Below, piece after piece: positions 54,891-64,000 of a stretch of DNA of 64,000 nucleotides. The DNA comes from Octopus sinensis. Taxonomy: Eukaryota. The position numbers were made by a program, and so were the translations under genes. A model generated the notes under the pieces. The model was not told the DNA's origin. It searched no databases and saw nothing but the letters and a program-made list of their open reading frames with translations. Location of the stretch: contig NC_043018.1 of assembly GCF_006345805.1 (NCBI RefSeq), forward strand, positions 18,290,001 to 18,354,000, in the 5' to 3' direction. Every line of letters begins with the position of its first letter. Positions within the stretch are counted from its first letter, which is position 1.

Positions 54891-54974
54891 TTCAGATCCT
54901 AGCATGAGATACCGAAAGAAAGCAAAGGTAAAACTGGTAATATTATTGCTAATATCAAAGAATTCCTCAAAATG
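54891..54974 (-). pseudogene. CNG-family channel relic, repeat 1 pore exon (open frame)
   Basis: ttttag|HFEEFFDISNNITSFTFAFFRYLMLGSE|gtgagta; pore-helix-like; an S6-like QPFTPTLYMSFMDRVGFSKIILLL follows at 54840-54755. Confidence 0.45.
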
Positions 54975-55110
54975 CTAAAATATCTGGGATTGAAGAAAAT
55001 ACAAACCATTTTTTTTTTATTGTAACATCTAAAACGTACCATATTCTTTTATTCAATATGTATTCCAAAGACTTTTAATATATCTACATTTGTAATATAT
55101 TTTCATAAAC

Positions 55111-55258
55111 CTGGAAAAATGTTCTATTATGATGGGGAGTCTCTTGAGTGGTTAGTAACTAATGGAATGAGACAAATGGGCACAGCTGTTTGGCTGCTGT
55201 CAATTTGGCATGGCTTATGGGATAATAAGCCTGTTTTGGCAATAGTACTTTTTTGGCA
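55111..55258 (-). pseudogene. CNG-family channel relic, repeat 1 S3-S4
   Basis: cttccag acceptor; LKRLPIIIEHFSR is in register with CNG LLRISRMFEFFQR; stops and a frameshift upstream. Confidence 0.4.
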
Positions 55259-55809
55259 CTGGAAGCAAACACATACACAAATACATGCATGTATAGGAAG
55301 AATATACAGAGAGAGAGAGAGAATTGCATTATAATTTAAAAATTGAACATGATTGGAATAAAATTTTCCTCTTCTCAAACACAAAGAGAGAAATACGTGG
55401 ACAGGCATAAACAAACAGAATGAAAGAAACATTAAAATGTCTGATGTCAAGTAAGTCAGCATCGATGCAATGGTGCCAAATAAGTGGTGCCGAAACGGCT
55501 GTGCCGAAATGTCTCAAAGCCACAACTTAGGGTTTGTGGGGTTCCTTGGTCTCTGCTCATTCTTTATTGCCTGGATCCAATTAGCAGCTGGGAACAGGCT
55601 GAAGATTTTCTGGGGTAAAGCCAACAGGACTGATCATTTATTAATACAAGCTTGTGATCATGAAAGCACATCCATTTTTAAAGGTGTATTCTTTAACTAG
55701 TTTTGATTATAGCGTTAGTTCTGTCCCATTTTAACAAAACTGTCCAATGGACGGGAACATGAAACTCTGAGTAACAGCTTTTGTTATATTTCTGCTGCTT
55801 TTACATAAA

Positions 55810-56430
<621 letters not shown>

Positions 56431-56960
56431 TGAGTAATTGAATGAATTATCTTATTAAGGATAATTCGAAAGATAACCGATATCTGGGTAGCAAATTCAC
56501 ATCAGAAAGAACTTCGGAATTAGGAATATGCAGCCTTCGAAACATGTCGAGAATAAAGGATATTTGTTAACTAGTTGTTCAACTCCATTCTTTCATATAC
56601 TTATAATTTTAAAATATATATATATATATATATATAGATGTGTGTATATATAGATGTGTGTGTATGTGTGTGTATATATATATATATATAGATGTGTGTG
56701 TATATATTTGGGCGTGTGGATGAATATATGGTTGCATAGGTATGCAAATACATGTATATGCATGTTGATAAAGAGGTCATATTAGGGAAGCTTTTGTAAC
56801 ACATTTCTATACTATTTATAACATATTTCACATTTTCTGCTCTATGAACTGAACTTGATAATTAATATCAGTTGAAACATATTTACAATTATTTTAGAAA
56901 AAAAAACAACAATTTTTGCATTTACTTTATAATCAGGTTTTGTACACTCAGCTTTCGTAC

Positions 56961-57095
56961 CTGCAATATACCAATAATTAACAAGGCCACACAATTTAGC
57001 AAGGGAGCTTTATCATGGTTTCTTGACCAGTTAAAATATAGCGACCGAAGAGCCTTATTGCATTCCCATGCTATCATGAAAATTTGATAAAGTTA
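56961..57095 (-). pseudogene. CNG-family channel relic, repeat 1 S1
   Basis: FMIAWECNKALRSLYFNWSRNHDKAPLLNCVALLIIGILQ ending at cag|gtacga; F...WE and Y.NW fit S1. Confidence 0.45.
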
Positions 57096-57606
57096 TTTTT
57101 GCCACATTCAAAAGAAATAAATCATATTTAACTTGATAGATCACTTCTGTGTCATAGATCTAATACAAATATTGATTTCGAGTTTTGACATAGGGCCAAC
57201 ATGTTTGGGGGAGCGGGTAAGTCGATTTACATTGACCCCCACAGTGTTTAGCTGGTACATATTTTATCAACCTTGAAAGAATGAAATGTAGAGGTGACCT
57301 TGGTGGAATTTGAACTCAGAACATCAAGACAGACGAAATGCTTTAGAAAATTACTATTTGTAAATCTCATGACAAGAGATATTCAGCAACAGTACTTTGG
57401 AGTAAAGATTATTTGCTAACATATATAAGTACACAGATCGTGTCATATAGCCAGCTGCAGACGAGGCCCCCTGGGGCTAAATTACAGCAATATTCGTCCT
57501 AAACCAGGACTGCCATGTTATGTTGGCAAATAATCTTTACTACAGATGAAATGCTGTTTAGCATTTTACCTGATGTGCTCATGATTCTGCCAGCTCACTG
57601 CCTTAC

Positions 57607-57785
57607 TATAATAATAATGATAATAATAATAATAATAATAATAATGATAATAATAATAATGATAATAATAATAATAATAATAAGAATGATAATAATAATA
57701 ATAATAATAATGATGATGATGATGATGATAATAATAATAATAATAGTAATAAAAATAATGATGATAATAATAATAATAATAATAT
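57607..57785. repeat. (AAT/GAT)n microsatellite
   Basis: Direct. Confidence 0.92.
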
Positions 57786-58824
57786 TACATAACAACCACC
57801 ACCAAGTCATCACTATCTCTTGAATTGCAATAACATTTTGAATTAGTCACAACTGGTGATAGGCATAGGTCACCCTGGTAACACCACCACCTGGGTGAGG
57901 AGGGGATACTACTGCAGGTCCTTTGGTGTCTTCCATAGAGACCACAAGCATTGAGGTAAGGTCTCTGGTTTGAGAATTATCTATGAGTCATGGTTTCTTC
58001 CTCTTCTCTTCAATCTCTTAAAGACTTTGGTTAGCGGAAATGGGCGGGTGGGTGGGTTGTTGGGGGTTGCTGTTTCTTTGCAAATGAAGCCACAAACAGA
58101 CTTATGTCTGTCATGAGCCCAAGGATTCAGAAGAACAGTGCTGAGCCCAGTTTCTATGGAATACAAGTAACTGAAATGAGGACACTTCCCCCTGGATGAG
58201 ACACCAGTCCATTGCAGAGTTAACTTCCCAACTATTGCTGGAACTCCTTTACAGCTGAATGGACTGGAGCAATATGAAATAAAATATTTTGCTCAAAAAC
58301 ACAATGCACCGTCCAGCTCAAGGATTGAAACACTGGTCTTCTGATCATGGGTGCAACACTAACCACTAGGTCATACCCTTTCCCAATAAAGCCATAATAA
58401 AAGCAAGATTATCTTTCTTTTTCTCTTTATATATAGGCTGAGCTGGGGGCTTCCAGAGAATATCTATTGAGAGATAACGATTAACAGAAGAAGAGCTAAT
58501 TAACACAATTAGTAACATTTTGTATTACAATAGCTCTTCATCTCGTGAAATATGCAGAAACGAAAGTGCTGTCAAAGAAACAAGATGATCAAAGAGATAC
58601 AGAATTAAAGTGACTTGTATACCATGAGGGGATAGCACTATCACTGCAGGCAAATAATCCAGCTCTCTTAATCCAGCTGTGATAGAAAAGACCTGCAAAC
58701 ATATATTATGAGTAAATCATTTGCATTAGAGCCACTTCTTATCGGAGGGTGTTTGTCAAGTGTTTGGAAGTTTAGAAATGGTTGTGGAGGAGGAAGTGGT
58801 GGTGGTGGTTGTGGTAGTGGGTAA

Positions 58825-59221
58825 TTATATAAATATAATTTGAGTTTCGCATTCCCTATCCTTCAATTTCTCTAAAACCTGTTCTTTCAATAGATCGACA
58901 GTTGCTTTCGAAGAGCTTCGGGTCATGCTTGATTGGATTTTCTGGCCAATTTTTGTGAAAGGATTGTTTTCCAATAACAGCAGTGGTTTTTGCAGATCAG
59001 GATAAGTATTCATATCAGGATGAGAACTAATTGCGCCATCACTGAAGGAAGGTTTCAAAGGTAAGGGTCTCCTTCGTTGGTTCGACGTGTCTCTAGAATG
59101 TTCTGCAAATTCAGTCGAGGCGTCACCACAATTAAAGTGATCATAATTATTGTCATCGTAATCATCACGGATGGAAGCTGGATAAGAATTGGCATAAGTG
59201 TCAGGAATGTTCATATACAAA
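58825..59221 (-). CDS. Duplicated 3' third of the SAC2-like terminal exon; candidate alternative last exon
   Basis: 58766-59211 is near-identical to 60371-60822; preceded by ctaattttctattttcctcctgtcttcag; open 131-codon frame ending CETQIIFI*. Confidence 0.6.
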
Positions 59222-59841
59222 CTGAAGACAGGAGGAAAATAGAAAATTAGTCTTGTACAAGTCTTGTCTTTTAAAAAGAGTAAACTGTGGCAACGCAGTC
59301 CTGCAAAATGAAACTAAGCATGTTGAGTGAAATCATAAACATCACGAGGTTCCAATTTAGCTCCAAAATATGTGTGAATGATAGCAAATGAGATTGAAAC
59401 TAAAACCAAATTTGCTAGAGGCCTTTCTTTTATATTTTTTTTTTGTGGCCGTGGAGCGATTTTAGGGTGGTGGTGGTGTTCCTTGGTGGTGGTAGTCACG
59501 TTGAGGGCTTTAAAAATAAAAAAAAAACTACTTTCCAAAATCTCATGTTTCCACATATTTTAAACAATAACGTAATGAAGTGAAAAATTAAGCCAAATCA
59601 AATCAAATATCTCCATTTGTTTTACGTCCATTTTTCCTCATGCTAGCATGGGTTAGACATTGAATCAATAGCAGGGCAATGATTCTCGGTGCCTAACGAC
59701 AAAGACAATTTTGGTGCTCCCGGCTTAATTAAGTCATAACAGGCCAGAGGCAATTGCTTACCCCTTCATACATACACTCAGGGATGACAGCCCCCTGATC
59801 CTCCCTCCTCTTATGCTTCTGTGTACAACATATTATATACA

Positions 59842-59877
<36 letters not shown>

Positions 59878-60435
59878 TATATATTACAAAACTTAACATG
59901 AATTTTCTATTTTAAATATCAATGTTCACAATTATTTGTTAATTAGCGTTAAGTTAATTAGAGTAGAAGGCCAGTTGCATTAAAAAAAATTTTTTGTTCA
60001 TTTTCTCCTTTTTGTGTGTGTGTGTGTGTGTGAGCAAAAATAGATGCGAGTCGAAAAGTAATGAAAATATAACTCATAAGACACTCTGAGAACAAATAAT
60101 AGAAATATTAAGATTTGAAGAAATTTACCTTTTTTTTTTTTTTCCTTTTTTTTTTTTTTTTTTCGGTTATTAATGTTTGTTAAAGTTTTTGGTAAAGAAC
60201 TCTGCAGTTTCTTCGCATTAGTCATGCTTTGAAACAACCAAAGTCCCATTGTTAAATGCTAATGTTCATAAATTCATAAATTCCATTAAAAGTAAATTGT
60301 AAAAGTTATGTAAAATCATGGAAAGGAGAAAGCATTAAAATGATAAAAAAAAAACAAAAAAAAAACGAAAGGAAGTTTAGAAATGGTTGTGGAGGAGGAA
60401 GTGGTGGTGGTGGTGGTGGTTGTGGTGGTGGGTAA

Positions 60436-61617
60436 TTATATAAATATAATTTGAGTTTCGCATTCCCTATCCTTCAATTTCTCTAAAACCTGTTCTTTCA
60501 ATAGATCGACAGTTGCTTTCGAAGAGCTTCGGGACATGCTTGATTGGATTTTCTGGCCAATTTTTGTGAAAGGATTGTTTTCCAATAACAGCAGTGGTTT
60601 TTGCAGATCAGGATAAGTATTCATATCGGGATGAGAACTAATTGCACCATCACTGAAGGAAGGTTTCAAAGGTAAGGGTCTCCTTCGTTGGTTCGACGTG
60701 TCTCTAGAATGTTCTGCAAATTCAGTCGAGGCGTCACCACAATTAAAGTGATCATAATTATTGTCATCGTAATCATCACGGATGGAAGCTGGATAAGAAT
60801 TGGCATAAGTGTCAGGAATGTTGCTCATAAAGCTCTCCTGTTCTGTTTTATTATTAAGGGCCATTCTGGAGTTTTCTATTTCAGACTCAGAGGAAACTAA
60901 ATCTAAGCTGAGCAAATTATTGAGTTGATCTGTTGCATCAGGTTTTCTTGCTTCGTCGATGGCAGCTGAAATCTCTTGAGGTAATTCTTCGGGATCAACA
61001 TCAGAAGAAAGACTCAAAGATGTCACAAAGAGCTGTTTAGGGTTAGTTGCTAGAATACCACAGCTTCGGAACATTACGTCCGTATTTTCATCTTGTGTCA
61101 TATCCAGAAGGTTCTTGTTGCTCACGACATCCATGTCTGATGACCGAGGCAGATTCCCAGCTCCTTCAGGAGGCAAGTGTTTCAATGAATTACTTGAATC
61201 AGAAACCTCCTCACCAGAACGTTCCGTATTAATGGTCAGACGTTCCATACTCGATTTAGTTTCTTTATTACTGTAGAATACAGTTGGAAGTCGCAAAGAT
61301 TTAAGGTTCACATTTTTATGGGATTTAGGTTATGTAGGTTCAGCTTTGGTAATTGAAGGGATGTTCCTTTGAGAGGGAGGCCAAGCTTGTTGGAGAGATC
61401 TCCCTTGTGAATGTTGCTTTCAGTGTTTAAGGAAAACTTGGGAGATCGGAAGAAACCATGACCCTGGTGTTGGTTAGGAAGTTGTTTTTCAGTTTCTTCC
61501 TCTGTTTCATTGAGACTTGATTCTGATACATTTCTAGGAAGATTAATGGCAGCCAACGATGTTTCTTGTAACTGTTTCCCAATGTCAATCACTCCAGGGT
61601 GTGGTTTCACCTTCATG
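60436..61617 (-). CDS. INPP5F: Terminal exon of a phosphatidylinositide phosphatase SAC2 (INPP5F)-like gene, frameshifted at 61313-61317
   Basis: Strong acceptor (ttttttttttaactgtttttgcag). MKVKPHPGVIDIG, NNPFTKI..KIQSSM and C-terminal CETQIIFI resemble my recollection of vertebrate INPP5F (KPHEDIIGI; SPFxKIxSSM; CQTRIIQI). The two supplied ORFs join if one A is added. Confidence 0.75.
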
Positions 61618-61754
61618 CTGCAAAAACAGTTAAAAAAAAAAAGTAACAAAAAAGAGAAATATTAGTGAAACATGTTGACTTAGACATTTAAATAATGATT
61701 CTTCTTCATCATCATATAATAATAATAATCTTAATTCTAACCTGAAAAAGCTAT

Positions 61755-62040
61755 GGAAAGTCACCTGGCAAGACAAGGTCCCAGACATGGAGATTCTCTC
61801 TTGAGCTGATCTCCCAAGTGTTTTACAAACTGCTGAGGAGATCACAAGTCAGGTAGGCTTTATTTGAACGCCTGACCCCCAACTCCCCAAGAGATTGTTC
61901 TACAGTGAACTGTCGGAAGGCAAACGCACACAAGGTGGGCAGAAAAAGCACTTAAAGGGCACTCTCAAAGACTCACTGAAGTGCCCAGATTTCAACCTTG
62001 CCATCTGGGAAATGCAAGCACAAGACCCCACCCAGCCTGG
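61755..62040 (+). mobile_element. RTE-clade LINE ORF2 C-terminal remnant (intronic)
   Basis: KVTWQDKVPD.EILS*ADLPS...LPKRLFYSELSEGKRTQGGQKK..K.TLKDSLK. Confidence 0.8.
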
Positions 62041-63124
62041 GCATCCCACAAAATGTGTACCTCTTTAAATATTTTCAGCATTACACAGGGGTGGCAGGGG
62101 GAACAAAATGCATATTTGATATCAGCAGGATTTGAACTTGGAACATAAAAAGCGAAACCAAATACAGCAAGGCAGTTTTTTTTTCTTGCGCTCTAATACT
62201 TCTGCCAGGCCAATGCTCTGATAATAATAATTATATTTATTTATTCTTTAACATTTTGGCATAAAAGCAAAACAAGTGATACAGGCTTGAACCAAATTCA
62301 CTGAGTCAAAGAATCTAACGCTCAACCAGACATCATCCCAGGTTGTGAAGGAGGCCACTGTTTCTATGAAAGTCTTTTGTTTGCAGAATTCTTGACAACA
62401 GATGGGAGATATATTTAGATTGGCAGCAACTTTCCTTCTTTGTTAGAAGTTTGATTCTTGAAACTAGAAAATTTCAATTGCTCTTTGAATGCAGAGAAAG
62501 TCTTCAATTCCTTACAGAGGAAAGAAATCAGCAGCAGTTTCCATTGTCAGATTATTCTTCAGCTTTTTTTTTATAGAGTTTGAATAAATTCATGATGAAT
62601 AAATTCAAAAGTTTTAAGATGAAAGAGTGGCAGAGAGAATGGGAAAAATCGGTAAATGCACAAAATGTCAACATGCAAACTACCTGAAATGAAATGAATG
62701 AACAGACACTCACGTGCACATTATCAAGGTGCATTGTGGGTAGTTAAACTTTTAAAGCAATTATTTTTGTGCAATTAAGTTTTTATTTTTGTAAAATTTC
62801 TAACACATAAAATTGATGTATAATTAAACAGGTGATTAATCAAAGTATTGTTGTATATAAAATAGTCCTGCTAAGCCCTGTATATGCACATATTGTGTTG
62901 AATAGATTTAATACAAAAAAAGAACTACTACCAAAACAAAATACAGAATGTTACCAATCTGTGTGCAACGATAAAAATGTGGAATAACAATAACGACAAA
63001 ATAATTTTCTAATGTAAGTCCAAGGTTTGGAATTTTAGGAGAGAGTTGGTTGATTATATCCACACCAGTTCATGATTAATACTTGATTTAAACTTTTATT
63101 AATTGCTGGAGCCAATAAAAAGTA

Positions 63125-63325
63125 CAGGTGCTGGTTCCACATAAAAAGCACTTAGTATGTTCTATGAAGTGGTTGGCATTAGGAAGGGCACTCAGCTATA
63201 GAAACCATACCAAAACAGACTATGGGACCTGGTGCAGCTCCTGGCCTTACCAGCTCCTACCAAACCATCCAACCCATGCCAGCATATAAGACAGATATTA
63301 AATGATGATGATGATGATGAGGATG
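63125..63325 (+). mobile_element. RTE-derived 3' end element
   Basis: ggttggcattaggaagggc...aacccatgccagcat...(GAT)n. Confidence 0.75.
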
Positions 63326-64000
63326 ATGACAAAAGAATGGCAAGTCATGTTGACAGTACATGATTAAGATTTAATTAAATTTTATCAACTTGAGAGTGAA
63401 GTAAAGCAAAGATGACTTCAGCAGGATTTGAACCTTGAATATAAAGAACTAGAAAAATAAACCAAAAAATACATCACAAGGCAGTTTGTTTGATGCTCAA
63501 ATGATTCTGACAAAGATGTGGAGGAAGAGGAATAAGACTAGGATGCAGAAGATAATTATTGGTGACAGTGGTGATGGTAAAGAAAGCACTGGTGATGATG
63601 ATGATATCTAATTACAATGTATTTTTTTTTCCGTGGAGTCCTCAAGTTTTGGTATTAATTACACCTTGTGTTGATACCATAACAACTTCTCTAAAAAGTT
63701 TTAAATATTTATATCCTTTGCGTCAGATTTTTCTTCATTTTGTTTTATTTTATATTTTTAATTAATAGATGCATATATTCCTAAGAGTATTTTACCTAAA
63801 CATCTAAATTTTTCATGGTTGAAAACTTACCAGCAACCACTAACCAGAGGAGAGGTGATTATAATTCACAATATAACGACATTTAACAAAGTAATAATAA
63901 ACAACATCAAAACGCAGTGTGTCTATATATGCATAGATATAAACAATGTATATATGTATGTGTAAGTGTGTGTATATATAGATACACATACATATATATC

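Noticed and set aside
51880-55160. Idea that in-frame TGA/TAG codons in the channel relic are repaired to Trp by A-to-I editing
   Set aside because: Editing cannot fix the frameshifts, deletions or the SINE insertion, and several stops are at non-Trp positions.
62290-62550. Candidate upstream SAC2 exon
   Set aside because: Stops in all frames after the putative acceptor and no hSac2-domain match; the preceding exon is probably beyond the window.

Overview
Eukaryotic, AT-rich, repeat-dominated DNA with one 100-N gap (2872-2971). The SINE, RTE-tail and microsatellite content looks like Octopus (inference, not database-confirmed). Almost all supplied ORFs are microsatellite or SINE read-throughs. 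Main results: (1) The terminal exon of a minus-strand gene I recognise as SAC2/INPP5F-like (61617-60436) has a one-base frameshift in an A5 run. A ~99% identical partial copy of it lies 1.6 kb downstream with its own same-phase splice acceptor (59221-58825). (2) About 20 short, decayed minus-strand exon-like segments between ~57.1 and ~22.2 kb are largely absent from the ORF track. By eye they give four successive S1-S6 channel repeats of the CNG/HCN/KCNH superfamily, the first three with C-linker and cyclic-nucleotide-binding-domain (CNBD) segments. This suggests a pseudogenised single-chain four-repeat (CNGK/tetraKCNG-like) channel gene. (3) Mobile elements include two complete non-autonomous Helitrons, a Merlin-like MITE carrying TTAGGG repeats and caught in a 935-bp tandem duplication, a hAT MITE nested in a long foldback, a piggyBac-type MITE, mariner and RTE remnants, and a Penelope GIY-YIG remnant with hammerhead-like motifs. 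All protein-family calls are by-eye alignments to remembered consensus sequences and need HMM/BLAST confirmation.
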